Source of the DNA: Eledone cirrhosa | Taxonomy: Eukaryota | Length of the DNA stretch: 64,000 bases | Direction of reading: 5' to 3' | Assembly: GCA_964016885.1 (NCBI GenBank) | Contig: OZ024741.1 | Coordinates: 116,250,001-116,314,000, forward strand | Part shown: in pieces, positions 1-17,273 of the stretch | Layout of the letters: every line of letters begins with the position of its first letter | Numbering within the stretch: the stretch's first letter is position 1 | Program-made: the position numbers and the translations under genes | The notes under the pieces: generated by a model | What the model was told of the DNA's origin: nothing | The model's input: only the letters and a program-made list of their open reading frames with translations | Database searches by the model: none

Positions 1-199
1 AGTGAGCAATATCCAGGAGTCATAACAAAGACATGTAGATAGTGCATGATAGAATAGGACCCTGAAACCTAATATAACTGGTATGTTGTAGTTTGTTTAG
101 TATTTGTATGTTGTGATTACATATGAAGACAATCACCATATATCTGCTATATAATTGAGAGTATGTATGTATGTATGTATGTATGTATATGAACACACA

Positions 200-277
200 C
201 TGCACATCCTGTCTGTCACGCATTCTGACTAGGACGTAGTCCAAAAGATACCATTCCTTAGATGCAGGATGCATCCA
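200..277 (-). pseudogene. Fragment of an RTE/BovB-type LINE AP-endonuclease
   Basis: Translates WMHPASKEWYLLDYVLVRMRDRQDV, which resembles the RTE/BovB endonuclease motif WMHPRSKHWHLIDYVIVRQRDRQDV; it runs into (GTAT)n. Confidence 0.55.
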
Positions 278-374
278 TGTGGTCTTAAATTTGTTCTTTT
301 ACTGGAACATGGTAACACACAGATCCAGCTCCTCACACATCTGCAGCATTCAATCTTCTGGGCAGGGTAACATC

Positions 375-1482
375 AGGCTGGGCATGCCGTGGCTAATGAT
401 GCGCAGACACGCGCTCAGGCTACGACATCTCCACCTCTTCCTCGACGGTGATCAGGTGTGGTCGCCGTTTGCTAGATGCGTCTTTCCCCAGCTCATCTCC
501 TTGACGGAGCTGCAGTCCTGGGTCAAGCGAAGACCGAGAGGGAGCGCTAGGAGACTGGAATGTCTTCAGGCGCTCACAGCCCTCGACCAATCGGGCAATG
601 TGATTGGTGGAAACTCCACCTTGGCGTTCTATAGAGGATTAGTGGAGGGGAAGAGCGACAATGTACTTGGGGAAACTCTAGGCATCGACGAAAATCAACT
701 AGCCAATCTCTTTGGAAGAACTTTCGGGCCGGGGCCTATGGACAACTTCCAGAAATCCCTGGCCTGGCAGTGCTACCGAGGAGCTTTGCCAGTTCGGGAT
801 AAACTCTACAGGCATGGAGGTGCCGTCAGCTGGGCATGTTCGAGATGCGCACAGGGCGATGAAACCATCCTGCATGCACTCGTCCAGTGTCCAAGCATTG
901 CTGACTTGTGGGTTTATGTCGAACGGATCCGACTATCAGCTGAGTCCATCGTGAGGATTGCCCCGCCCTCTTCCTTTAGCCGGGAAGGGCAGGCAGTTTT
1001 TATCTGTCTGGTGGCCATGGTGAAAGAGTTAGTATGGTGGACACGTCTGAAAGGGCTGAAGACGAGCACTTACCTCTTCGGTGATGCCTTGATTAACTTT
1101 TTCCAATTTCATTTGAAAAGTAAAATCAGGGTAGAGAGGGAGGTGCTCTCTTCCCAGCTTTTTGTTGAAAGATGGGTGAGAGAGTCAAGTATGGCCCGAG
1201 TGAGTGGACCTACTCTGAGTATATGCCTGTAAATTGAAGGTGGAAAACTGGGAGAGGACAATTGCCCTGGTGGTCAGGGTCACCATGGTTTTTTTTAATG
1301 GGCTTTCTCCACGATGGCCCTCGGAAGTCTCCTCACTATTGGGGAATTTTTCATTGTTCTATTATTACATCCTCTGTTTTTTTGTTTTTTTACATGCAGA
1401 AATGCCCATTTGTACCGTCCTGTATTGTCCTGTACTGTCCTTAATGTCTACTTTGTGTAAACCCTTGTGGTTAATAAAGAAA
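375..1482 (+). mobile_element. 5'-truncated L1/Tx1-clade LINE (ORF2 C-terminus with zinc knuckle, plus 3'UTR)
   Basis: ORF 279-1232 has LGMP, GALPVRDKL and CSRC..GDETILHALVQCP (zf-RVT-like CCHC) followed by LVWWTR; T-rich 3'UTR ends in AATAAAGAAA near 1473-1482. Confidence 0.75.
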
Positions 1483-1539
1483 GCATTATTATTGATATTA
1501 TTATTATTATTATTATGTTGTTTTTGTTTTTTTTTCTCG

Positions 1540-1581
1540 TGCAATGGCCATACTCGATAACGAGAGGGCAGCCATCATCAT
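1540..1581 (+). mobile_element. Isolated 3' tail of the bipartite RTE-derived element
   Basis: tggccatactcgataacgagagggcagccatcatcat matches the reverse complement of the ends at 11685 and 24598. Confidence 0.6.
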
Positions 1582-2659
1582 GTATGTATATATGTTTGTA
1601 TGTATATATTTTGTATGTATGTATGTTGTGTCGTAGAGAAAAATGGATTTTATTTTCAAAATCTGTTCCCAAGAAGATTTTTGGGTGCAAAAAGAAAAAA
1701 AAAAGAAAATAGTAATACTATCAATTAGAGATACTAAGACAATTTAAGTAGTCTGGATTTTATTGATCATCTCATGCATTCCTTCAACGTGACACTATTA
1801 TTCCAACCATCCATGCCGTCAACAGGGGGAATTGTTTTCACTATAAAGCAGAGAGTTTTCCTCACAGGGGTCATCCAATGTTTACGTGAAGACACCCACA
1901 CTAAAGTACACAAAAAGCCGCTGACACCGCTTCAACATTCAGCTCCACTGAATAAATTTTCATAGAAACCACCTTGAGGATGATTGACGATTCACAGGAA
2001 GAGGCCATGAGAAATAAGTAATGGGAGATGAGGTACAGTGGAAAGATGGAATTTAAAAAAATTGAAAAAAAGCAGTCTATGGTCAAAATTGCCCAGCAAT
2101 GACAGGCTACTCTGCTAGTTTGACATATAAATGTGCAATATGGTACAGAGTGTAAAGAAAGGAAGAATGTGAATAAGATTTATGATGGAGATGAAAGAGG
2201 AATGAAACATTCTAATAGATTCTTGAGACTTGTTATGTCTAGCACATGTATTTAGTCCGGTTGTGTAACGTGATGCCAGAATTTCAATAAAAAATCTGTA
2301 AATGTTGGCATGCTTCAAAAATTTCAGTATGAGTATTCAGGTATTCATAAGATGTTTTTATAGTTTCCAGTATGTTAGTTCTTCTACAGTACATAATTGG
2401 CATCACCTAGTCCCATTTAGTATGATCTGCACTTTTATTTTATTTTCTGTAACATAATATATGGGCTATTACTGTTTGGAAAGATCATATAAGCTTGAAA
2501 GATGTAGTTGCAGACCATTTTGCTTGAGACTAATTGAAGCTGTGTGATTTACATACCTTAATTTAAATATACCTTCATTCCTGCAGCTATATTGTTTGGT
2601 GCTGGTCAATTAATTATAAAGGTATAGTTATAGATGTATACATATATTATTAGATGTAC

Positions 2660-3856
2660 AGGAAATTACAAGTTATCTCCTTCAAAATAAAACCCTTCAA
2701 AAGTCACACAGTGGTTCAAACTTTTTTCCATTGGTCGTAGCAGTACCAGATGCCATTTTCTGTGTGTCGCTTTTGCTCATCAGTTACAATTTTTTTTATG
2801 TTTTTCATAGTCCCAAAATGATGACTCTTCAAATTCGATTTTAACTTAGAGAAGAGTTAGGAATCACACAGGGCTAGATCTGGGCTGTAGAGAAGATGTG
2901 GAAGAGTGGGAATGTTTTTCTTCACCAGAAATTCTGTAAGTGAAAGTGGTGTGTGAGCAGGTACGTCATCATGGTGCAGTACCCAATCTTCTACAATGTC
3001 TTTTCAGACTCGCTGGACCTGTTTTTGAAGTCATTCCAAGACATCTTTGTAGAAGGTGCAATTAACTGTCTGTCCTGAAGGTAAAAATTCTTTGTGAATA
3101 ATACCAGGACTGTTGAAAAAAATGATAAACATGGTTTTAGCCCTGGATCTGCTCGTGTGCTTTCTTCAGACGAGAATTTTTTGTGTGCCATTTCTCACTT
3201 TGACGTTTTGTCTGGATTGTACTCAAACACCCATGATTCATCTCCTGTTATTACTTCATCCAAGAAATTTGGCTCAATTTAAAGTCTTTCTAGCAAATCC
3301 TGACAATTTTCTAACTGGTTCACTTTTTGCTCCATAGACAAGTATTTGGGCACTAGTTTTGCCCAAAATTTTCACATATGAAATGGTCTGTTAAAATTCT
3401 GAGAACTTCCTAGCCTATTTCTTCTGCAATCAGCTTAATTTGCCATCACCACTTCCACCACTTCCACATTTTGTTTATTTGTTGACGTTCAACATTTTCT
3501 CAGCTCTCTTTGAAAGCTTTATACCACATAACAACGATACTTCTCAATAGAGTAGCATCTCCATAAGCTTGTGTTAAAGAATGAAATGTTTCGATGGCAG
3601 ATTTGTTCAATTTAAAACAAAATTTGATTGTATACCATTGTTCAATATTTTTCTACATCGCAAACGTAACAGAGGTTATAAACACATCTGTACATAAACC
3701 CCAATAACTCATGACGGACTGAATCAATCTTATTGAAACAAATATGTACATGCAGCCAATGCTATAATCAACACGCCTATATAGATCAACGAGGTACTGC
3801 GTTACCATATCGTACATAGGAAAATTAGTACCCTTACCTTTGGAACAAACCTTGTA
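2660..3856 (-). mobile_element. Degraded mariner (Tc1/mariner) DNA transposon
   Basis: Minus strand reads LHHDDVPAH...EFLVKKNIPTLPHLLYSPDLALCD (decayed HDNA..H / YSPDLAP.D mariner motifs); the 5' end TACAAGGTTTGTTCCAAAGGTAAGG near 3856 is TIR-like next to TA. Confidence 0.75.
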
Positions 3857-3886
3857 TATTATATATATATATATATTTTTTTTTTT

Positions 3887-4202
3887 TCATTTTATGTCCG
3901 CTTTTCCCTGCTTGCAAGGGTGGGACGGGAACTGATTCTGGCTTGATTTCTACAGCTGGATGCCCTTCCTAACACCAACCTCATTTACAGTGAGTGCTGG
4001 GTGCTTTTTTGCTGTGGCACCTCCACGACCACTTTGCAGTGGAATGATAGGGACTAGTCCCTATCATCTCATTTCTACAGCTGAGTAAACTGGAGCAATG
4101 TGAAATAAAGTGTCTTGCTCAAGGAAACAACACATCACCCGGTCTGAGAATTGAACTCACAATCTTTCGATTGCAAGGCCAATGCTTTAACCACTAAGCC
4201 AT
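3887..4202 (-). mobile_element. tRNA-derived CORE-type SINE with RTE-B tail
   Basis: Head TGGCTTAGTGG (A box) ... GAGTTCAATTC (B box); CCTTGAGCAAGACACTTTA..CTCCAGTTTACTCAGCTGTAGAAATG resembles the MIR/CORE domain; tail CCCACCCTTGCAAGCAGGGAAAAGCGGAC. Confidence 0.75.
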
Positions 4203-4288
4203 ATTTATATACACATATATATACACACATATATACATATTTATACACACATATATACATATTTATACACACATATATACATATTTAT

Positions 4289-4326
<38 letters not shown>

Positions 4327-4327
4327 A

Positions 4328-4625
4328 TCATCATCACCATCATTTAATGTCTATCTTCCACACTAGCATGGGTTAGACGAGTTTGTCCCATTTAGAGGCA
4401 AGTTGGGTGGGGTGACCATGTCTCGCTCATATAGGACTGTTTCCTAACGCAAACCACATTTACAGTGTGCTGGGTGCTTTTTGCCATATCTCCTACACGA
4501 CCACTTTACAGTGTAGGTTGGATGCTTTGTGGTACCAACATAACTTTACAACCTGTCCTACCCATGCTAGCATAAAAAAATGAACATTAAAAGATGATGA
4601 TATATACATAAACATGATGATGATG
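4328..4625. mobile_element. Two RTE-tail SINE fragments in opposite orientations (minus ~4328-4555, plus ~4553-4625)
   Basis: CCCATGCTAG..GGAAGATAGACATTAAA(TGA)n-like tails on both strands. Confidence 0.5.
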
Positions 4626-4710
4626 ATACTATATTATATATATGTATATTGATATAGTTATATACACATACATTCATATATATATATCTATACACATAGA
4701 TATATATATA

Positions 4711-5092
4711 GGCGCATGGTTTAGTGGTTAGAGCATTGGGCTTGCAATCAAAAGGTTGTGAGTTCAATTCTCGAACCGGGTGATGTGTTTCCTTGAGCAA
4801 GACACTATTTCACATTGCTCCAGTTAACTCAGCAGTTAAGATGAGATGATAGGACTGGGGTCCCTATCATTCCATTGTAAAGTGGACGTGGAGGTGCCAT
4901 GGCAATAAAGTACCCAGCACTCACTGTAAATGAGGTTGGTGTTAGGAAGGACATCCAGCTGTAGAAATCAAGCCAGAATCAGTTCCCATATGAGCAAGAC
5001 AAGGTCAGCCGACCGGACACTGCCCACAACAGGACAACCCGTCTAACCCATGCTAGCATGGAAGAACGGACGTAAAACGGTGATGATGATGA
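4711..5092 (+). mobile_element. Full-length CORE-type tRNA-SINE with the alternative RTE tail (CCCATGCTAGCATGGAAGAACGGACGTAAAAC)
   Basis: GGCGCATGGTTTAGTGG head, B box, CORE-like domain, GGTTGGTGTTAGGAAGG motif, (GAT)n tail. Confidence 0.75.
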
Positions 5093-5654
5093 TACACACA
5101 CAAATACACCACACATACACACACACAAATATAAGAAAAAGGAGAGAAATTTTTTATGCTAATTATTCTTAAAGGTAAGTATCCTTTAAATTAAATTACA
5201 TTAGAACTAACCTCCAGGCATTGTTTTTAGGAGTGAGCCTATAACCTATTATACTGTATACTTCCCTCACTATTATCACATATTTATTTATCTATTAAGG
5301 ATATAAAAAAAAAAAAAAGCCAGGTTGACCTCGGCTGGATTTCAACTCAAACAAAGATGCTTGAGAAAATACCACCAGGCACTTTACTGTTTGAGTCCTA
5401 TGACTAATATTACTCAAGTGAAACAACGTGCATATTAATTCTTCAGCTACAATTAACCGCATGAGTGGCACATTCAATGACATTTCTGAACAGATTATCA
5501 TCGACATTTCAAATAAAGTGCAATGAGAAAATACAACTTCATGTTATTGTTGTTGTTTACATTTGTAGTTTTGTATTATTTGCTAATTATCACCGACTGA
5601 AGGTCATGGAAGAAACTAGAAACAAGTCGATGCATTTGTGTGGTGTAAGCACTG

Positions 5655-6050
5655 CGTTGTGTACATGTGTGTGTGTTCACATGTGTGTGTGTGTGTGTGT
5701 GTTCATGCTATGTGTATGTGTGCATGCTATGTGTATGTGTGCATGTATGTGTGTGCTCACATGTGTGTGTGTGTTCATGTTATGTGTATGTGTGCGTGTG
5801 TGTGTTCACATGTGTATGTGTGCATGTTCATATGTGTGTGTTCATGTGTGCATGTGTGTGTGTGTTCATGCTATGTGTATGTGTACATCTATGTGTGTGT
5901 GTTCATGCTATGTGTATGTGTGCATGTATGTGTGTGTGTTCACATGTGTGTGTATGTGTGCATGTGTGTGTTCATACTGTGTGCATGTTGATGCATGGGT
6001 GTGTTTCTATGTGTTGATGTATATGATTGTGTGTACAGTATATGTTTGTA
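5655..6050. repeat. GT-rich minisatellite (GTTCATGCTATGTGTATGTGTGCAT-like units)
   Basis: Visible degenerate tandem units. Confidence 0.8.
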
Positions 6051-6264
6051 TGTATTGGTGTGTGTGTGTGCTTGAGTTGTATGTATTGGTGAGTGTGTGT
6101 GTGTATGTGTGTGCTTGAGTTGTATGTATTGGTGAGTGTGTATGTGAGTGTATGTGTGTGTGCTTGAGTTGTATGTGTTGGTGAGTGTGTGTGTGTGTGT
6201 GTGTGCTTGAGTTGTATGTATTGGTGAGTGTGTGTGTATGTGTGTGCTTGAGTTGTATGCATTG

Positions 6265-6297
<33 letters not shown>

Positions 6298-6634
6298 CTT
6301 GAGTTGTATGTATTGGTGAGTGTGTGTGTATGTGTGTGCTTGAGTTTTATGTATTGGTGAGTGTGTGTGTATGTGTGCGTGCTTGAGTTGTATGTATTGG
6401 TGAGTGTGTTTGTGTATGTGTGTGTGCTTGAGTTTTATGTATTGGTGAGTGTGTGTGCATGTGTGTGTGCTTGAGTTGTATGTATTGGTGAGTGTGTATG
6501 TGAGTGTATGTGTGTGTGCTTGAGTTGTATGTATTGGTGAGTGTGTGTGTGCTTGAGTTGTATGTATTGGTGAGTGTGTGTGTGTGCATGTGTGTGTGCT
6601 TGAGTTGTATGTATTGGTGAGTGTGTATGTGAGT

Positions 6635-6683
<49 letters not shown>

Positions 6684-7530
6684 TGAGTTGTATGTATTGG
6701 TGAGTGTGTGTGTGCATGTGTGTGTGCTTGAGTTGTATGTATTGGTGAGTGTGTGTGTGTATGTGTGTGCTTGAGTTGTATGCATTGGCGTGTGTGTGTG
6801 TGTGTGCATGTGTGCTTGAGTTTTATGTATTGGTGAGTGTGTGTGTATGTGTGCGTGCTTGAGTTGTATGTATTGGTGAGTGTGTGTGTGTGTGTGTGTG
6901 CATGTGTGCTTGAGTTGTATGTATTGGTGAGTGTGTGTGTGTGTGCTTGAGTTGTATGTATTGGTGAGTGTGTGTGTATGTGTGTGCTTGAGTTGTATGT
7001 ATTGGTGTGTGTGTGTGTGTGTGCATGTGTGCTTGAGTTGTATGTATTGGTGAGTGTGTGTGTGCATGTGTGTGTGCTTGAGTTGTATGTATTGGTGAGT
7101 GTGTGTGTGTATGTGTGTGTGCTTGAGTTGTATGTATTGGTGAGTGTGTGTGTGTGTGTATGTGTGTGTGCTTGAGTTGTATGTATTGGTGAGTGGGTGT
7201 GTGTATGTGTGTGTGTGTGTGTGCTTGAGTTGTATGTATTGGTGAGTGTGTGTGTATGTGTGTGCTTGAGTTGTATGTATTGGTGAGTGTGTATGTGTAT
7301 GTGCTTGAGTTGTATGTATTGGTGAGTGTGTGTGTGTGTGCATGAGTTGTATGTATTGGAGAGTGTGTGTGTGTGTGCTTGAGTTGTATGTATTGGTGAG
7401 TGTGCGTGTGTGTGTGCTTGAGGTGTATGTATTGGTGAGTGTGTGTGTGTGTGCTTGAGTTGTATGTATTGGTGAGTGTGCGTGTGTGTGTGTGTGTGTG
7501 TGCTTGAGTTGTATGTATTGGTGAGTGTTG
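6050..7530. repeat. Tandem array of ~33 units: core GCTTGAGTTGTATGTATTGGTGAGT separated by variable (GT)n
   Basis: Core counted by eye; unit length ~33-80 bp depending on the GT tract. Confidence 0.9.
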
Positions 7531-7564
7531 TATGCATATGCAAGTGTGTATTGGTGTGTCCATG

Positions 7565-7880
7565 TCTTGCAATTGAAAGGTTGTGAGTTCAATTCTCAGA
7601 CCGGGTGATGTGTTGTGTACTTGAGCAAGACACTTTATTTCACATTGCTCCAGTTTACTCAGCTGTAGAAATGAGATGATAGGGACTGGGGTCCATATCA
7701 TTCCACTGCAAAGTGGTTGTGAAGGTGCCACGGCAAAAAAGCACCCAGCACTCACTGTAAATGAGGTTGGTGTTAGGAAGGGCATCCAGCTGTAGAAATC
7801 AAGCCAGAATCAGTTCCCGTCCCACCCTTGCAAGCAGGGAAAAAGCAGACGTAAAATGAAATGATGATGATGATGATGAT
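7565..7880 (+). mobile_element. 5'-clipped CORE-type SINE with RTE-B tail
   Basis: B box, CORE-like domain, CCCACCCTTGCAAGCAGGGAAAAAGCAGACGTAAAATGAAATGATG. Confidence 0.75.
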
Positions 7881-7975
7881 ATGTATGTGCTGTGTGTGTT
7901 AGTGTGTGTTTTTTGTATATGTTGCATGTGTGTGTGTATGTGCTTCAGTTGTATGCATGTACAGGTGTGTGTATG

Positions 7976-8008
<33 letters not shown>

Positions 8009-10243
8009 TGTATGTGTTGTGTGTGTGTATGTATGCATTGCATGTGTGTGTGTTGATGTGTGTATATGTATGCATTGCATGTGTGTGTGTGTGTTGATGT
8101 GTGTATATGTATGCATTGCATGTGTGTGTGTGTCGCTCTGTAAAAGCAAGTGTTGGTGTGTGTGTATGTGTATCTGTTGCTGTGTGTATGTACATGGGTA
8201 TGTGTGTTGTTGATGAGTGAGTGTGTTTCTATGTGCTGATGTATATGTGTGTGTGTATTGGTGTGCATGCGTGTGCACTTCAGTTGTATGCCTGTTATGT
8301 GTGTCAGTGTTTTTTTATGTGTTGTCATGTGTGTGTATTGGTGTATGTGTGTTTGTATGTCCATTGCTGTGTGAATACACGTATGTGTTCGTGCATGGGT
8401 ATGTCTGTGTTGTAGAATATAACGTCCAGAATGTCAACATATTTGCATGTAATTCAGGAGAGAAGAAAGTGTGTGGGGGGGGGGGGGGGGCTATGGGAAT
8501 TGTGAGATGTAGTATAGTGAGAGAAGTGTGGGAAAAGAAGTGACGGGGGAGGAAGACATTAGACAATAGATGGATCGGTGGAGATGAGGGAGAGGTAAAG
8601 AAGAAATGGATGTCGGGGAGAGCAGGGAGAGAGAGAGATAGAGAGAGAGAGAAAGAGAGAAAAAAGAGAGAAAGAGGGAGAGAGAATGGGAGAGAAGGAA
8701 AAGGAGAGAGAAAGGTGTTAGAAGAGAAGAGAAAACTGTCAGCTGTAATAAGAAAAAGAAACTAGTAATAGAGATGAGCAAGAGAGACTGGGAGAGAAAA
8801 GGAGGGAGAGGGAAGAAAAGGCGAAAGATTAAGAGTAGTGAAGAGAGAGAGGTACTAGACAAAAGAGAAAAAGAGTGTTGAATAGATTCAATTTTGAAGG
8901 AAAGAGATGAACGAGTTAGACAGAGATAAAAAGAGAGGATATATAAATATATGAGACAAGGGGGTAGAATACAAGAGGGGCAGAAAGTGAAGAAGATGGA
9001 GAGTTGGAAAGAGAGAGAAACAAATAAATAGCATAGAAATAATTGTTTCCACTTTTGGCACAAGGCCATTAATTATGCAGTACATTACTGGTACTTTATT
9101 TTATCGACCCCGTAAGGATGAAAGGCAAAGTTAACCTCGGCGGGATTTGAACTCAGACCGTAAAGGGACGTAACTATGCTGGAAAGCATGGCGTCCGACC
9201 CTCTACCGATACTGCCAATATAGAAATAATTGTTTCTACTTTAGGCACAAAGCCAGCAATTACCCAGTGCATTACTGGTACTTTATTTTATCGACCCCGT
9301 AAGGATGAAAGGCAAAGTCAACCTCGGCGGGATTTGAACTCAGATCGTAAAGGGACAAATAATGTGAGGGAGAAAGGGAGACAAAAAGCAGGGAAGAGAG
9401 AGGGAGAGCACAAAGGAGATAAAGAGCAGGGAAGAGAAAGAGCGAAAGAAAAGAGATAGCTGGGAATGAAGGAGAGGGGGGGTATGGGGAACACCATGAG
9501 ATGGGGAAGAGAGAGAGAGTGTGTGCGTGAGAGAGATAATGAGAGAGAAGAGAGAGTATGTGAGAAATAATGAGAAAGAAGAAAGTGTGAGAGAGAAGAG
9601 AGAGTGTGTGGGGGATAGGAGAGAGAAGAGAGTCTGTGCGAGATAATGAGAGAGAAAGAGAGTGTGTAAGAGATAATGAGAGAGAGAAGAAAGATTGTGT
9701 GAGAGATAATAAGAGGGGAGAGTGTGTGTTAAAGATAAAGAGAGGGAGGAGATGGAAGAAAGTAAGAAAATGTGGTAGATGAAGAAACGGTGAGAAAGAG
9801 AACTAGTAAAAAAGATAAGGAGAGATAGAAACTGAGAGTAGAAAGAGAGAAAGGGATTGAGTGATGCTTGAGAGAGTTGGGAAGAGAGAAATAGAAAGAA
9901 CAAGAAAGCTAGATAGGCATAGAGTGAGAAACAGACAAAGAGATACAGAGCAAAGGAGAGAAAGAAAGAAACAAAAAAACAGAGCCAGAGATAGATAGTG
10001 AGAGAGAGAGAGAGAGAGGGAGGGGGAGAGAGAGAGAGGGTATTGGCATGTCAAATGCACTTAGCATCAGTGAAGTGTGCAAGAGCAGTGCAGCAGAGAA
10101 CGGCTGGTAACTCGATAAGTCAATGGAATAAGTAGCGGTGGCAGTGGCTGTAGTAATAGAAAGAACAACACCAACAGTAGTAGTAACAGTGGTAGCAGCA
10201 GCAGCGATGGTGGTGGTTAGTAGTAGTAATGATGGTGGTTGGG

Positions 10244-10281
<38 letters not shown>

Positions 10282-10330
10282 GATAATAACAGTAGTAATA
10301 GTGGTGGTGGTGATAGTAGTCGTAGTGAAG
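7880..10330. repeat. Low-complexity tracts: (GT)-rich 7880-8410, (GA)-rich 8500-10040, (AGT/GGT)n 10130-10330
   Basis: Direct composition. Confidence 0.85.
9040..9358 (-). mobile_element. Tandem pair of a second tRNA-SINE (Meta-domain-like)
   Basis: Minus strand TGGCAGTATCGGTAGAG (A box) ... GAGTTCAAATCCCGCCGAGG (B box) ... GCCTTTCATCCTTACGGGGTCGATAAAATAAAGTACCAG; units 9040-9218 and 9228-9358. Confidence 0.7.
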
Positions 10331-10475
10331 AGAGAACTAATGTGCAACGACTATAGAATGACAGGTGCACTTAAACATACTAAGTATGCGTGCTGTTGCA
10401 ATAGCATACGCAGCTGTCTGTAAATAATAAATACACACATACAGATTCCCATATACATGCACAATATGATGTTTG

Positions 10476-10517
<42 letters not shown>

Positions 10518-10692
10518 TTGTTCTAGTCATGTAGAAGTAATTTCTATAAGAAATAAATATGTACCTATTGGATTCCTTGTGTAAGAATGGTTGTCTTCCG
10601 ATCCTCTTCGGAAAACCATTCATATATTCAACATTATATATAAAAATATATATATATATATATATATATAGATATATAGATATATATATACA

Positions 10693-10766
10693 TACAGGGT
10701 GTCCAAAAAAATGTATACATACTTAGATTAGAATGCTGTTGAAATGTGTTTATATTTTTTGCGACA
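10693..10766 (+). mobile_element. Tc1/mariner-type terminal fragment
   Basis: TA-CAGGGTGTCCAAAAAAATGTATACA is TIR-like; a related reverse end lies near 52668-52698. Confidence 0.45.
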
Positions 10767-11081
10767 TATGTATATATAAATATATATATATATATATATA
10801 CATACATATATACATACACATATATACATACATACATATATACACACATATATATATATATATATATATACATACATACATATATACATACACATATATA
10901 TGTATATATATACATACATACATACACATATATATGTATATATATACATACATACATATATACATACACATATATATGTAGATATATATATACATATATA
11001 TATACGTACACATTTATATATATATATATATATACATACATATATACATACACATATATATGTATATATATACATACATAT

Positions 11082-11112
<31 letters not shown>

Positions 11113-11217
11113 CATACATATATACATACATATATATATGTATATATATACATACATATATACATACATATATATATGTATATATATATGTATATATATA
11201 CATACATATATACATAC

Positions 11218-11248
<31 letters not shown>

Positions 11249-11464
11249 TACATATATACATACACATTTATATATATATATATATATATACATACATACA
11301 TATATATATACATATATACATCATCATCATCATCATCATCGTTTAACGTCCATGTTCCACGCTTGCATGGGTTTGGACGGGAGTTTTCCCACTTGAGGCA
11401 AGAGTGGTTGTCTTGCTCGCATAGGACTGTCTGGCGGGTTTTCTACAGTTGGATGCCCTTGCTA

Positions 11465-11523
<59 letters not shown>

Positions 11524-11536
11524 CATACATACATAT

Positions 11537-11567
<31 letters not shown>

Positions 11568-11592
11568 TACATACATACATACATATATACAT

Positions 11593-11643
<51 letters not shown>

Positions 11644-11685
11644 CATACATATATACATATATACATATAGATATATACATACATG
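10767..11685. repeat. (TA)n/(TACA)n compound microsatellite containing an RTE-A 3' tail fragment (11321-11467, minus)
   Basis: Direct; the tail matches 17274-17410. Confidence 0.9.
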
Positions 11686-12257
11686 ATGGCTGCCAACTCG
11701 TTTTCGAGTACGGCCACTACTTTATATCCATGTAGGAGAACCCCTACTGATGCGCTAAACGAGTGTGACTTTTCAGTCCAGCCAGCGACTTGAAAACTCG
11801 GGTACAAACACTACACTTGTGACAATTATTGACACATAGTGCTGGGCCCATGGTACCATGTCACGACAAGTGCAGAGAGATCTCCAGATATAAAGCAATG
11901 CCTGTGCCATGAAGCTTTTATAGTGAGCAAAGGCACTGCACAAAGCCAGTCCCACTCTCTTAACCAAGATGATATTTACCAAAAAGAAGAACAAGTCAAC
12001 ATCATTGGATACCATCAGAGTTGCAGGTGTTATATCAGAGTTTTCCTTCTCCTAGAATTCTGCCTTGACAAAGGCTAAGGGGTCATCTCTCCCGGTGATT
12101 TTGGATGGCCATTGACTCTTAAGAGCTCCATTGCCCTTTGACAGGTTTTGTTTTTAGTCCTGCAGGATGTCCAAAGTCACCCTCCTCACCAAGCAACCTT
12201 GGTGGGGTTGCCAGTTTAGTCGCCAACGACCCGACCATGAGACAGGTTGTACTGGGA
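11685..12257 (-). mobile_element. Bipartite non-autonomous RTE-derived element (RTE 5'UTR-like part + RTE-like 3' end, no ORF)
   Basis: Minus strand has GGCGACTAAACTGGC...AAACCTGTCAAAGGGC...GGAGAAGGAAAACTCTGAT (RTE 5'UTR-like) and ends GGCCGTACTCGAAAACGAGTTGGCAGCCATCAT; a diverged copy lies at 24598-25133. Confidence 0.55.
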
Positions 12258-12284
12258 TATACATACATACATACATATATACAT

Positions 12285-12321
<37 letters not shown>

Positions 12322-12414
12322 CATACATACATACATACATATATACATACACATATACATACATACATATATACATACACATATATATATATATACATAC
12401 ATACATATATACAT

Positions 12415-12451
<37 letters not shown>

Positions 12452-12476
12452 AACATACATACATACATATATACAT

Positions 12477-12510
<34 letters not shown>

Positions 12511-12599
12511 ACATACATATATACATATATACATATATATATATACATACATACATACATACATATATATACATACATACATACATATATACATACACA

Positions 12600-13372
12600 T
12601 CATCATCATCATCATTTTACGTCCGCTTTTCTCTGCTTGCAAGGGTGGGACGGGTCTTATTCAGCACAGCATCTCTCCACTCGTCACGGTCCCTCGTCAT
12701 CTCCACCGTGAGCTTCAATGATCTGAGGTCTGTTCTCACCACCTCCGCCCATTTTTTTCGTGGTCTACCTCTACCACGTCTTCCTTCAACTGGCATTTCC
12801 TGGCACTTCTTCACCCATCGGTCATCCTCCATGCGCATCACATGTCCATACCACCTCAGTCTCCTCTCCCGTACACTACATTCTATCCCTCTCAGACACA
12901 GTTTCTCTCTCAACACATTTATGCTGGGTCGTTCACGCACATTTACACTGCACATCCAACGGAGCATGCTTGCCTCATTTCTCTCCAGCCGTCGCATATC
13001 CTCTGCAGTTGCTGCCCATGTCTCGCTACCATGCAGCATCGCGCTCCTCACACAGGCATCATACAACCGGCCTTTCGTACGCAGGGAGAAACCCTTCTTC
13101 GTCAACAGAGGAAGCAGCTCCCTAAACTTCTTCCAACCCGTCCTTATTCGAGATACTATGGCCTCGGAACACCCTCCTCCCATGCTAATCTGATCTCCTA
13201 GGTACCGGAAGCTATCCACCACTTCTATAGCGCCCTCTTGCATTTGAAAAATGTTTCTATCAGTGCGACTTCTACTGTCTAATTTCCCTGTACATCTACT
13301 GCATACATATTTCTCCCTACCTGTTAGTTTGCCTGCTATCCCGCTACATCTCTTGTGTACCCAGGATCTGCA
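12600..13372 (-). mobile_element. 5'-truncated RTE-B LINE copy
   Basis: Protein nearly identical to the C-terminus of 40674-43067 ([20 protein letters not shown]); (ATG)n tail. Confidence 0.9.

Positions 13373-17273
<3,901 letters not shown>

Noticed and set aside
1720-2650. Possible host exons in unique-looking sequence
   Set aside because: No sustained frame with credible splice sites or recognisable motif
4711-4780. tRNA gene (also 34497, 39061, 44102)
   Set aside because: tRNA-like A/B boxes run straight into SINE bodies with no complete cloverleaf
6050-7530. CRISPR-like repeat-spacer array
   Set aside because: Spacers are (GT)n rather than unique sequence; no cas genes; eukaryotic context
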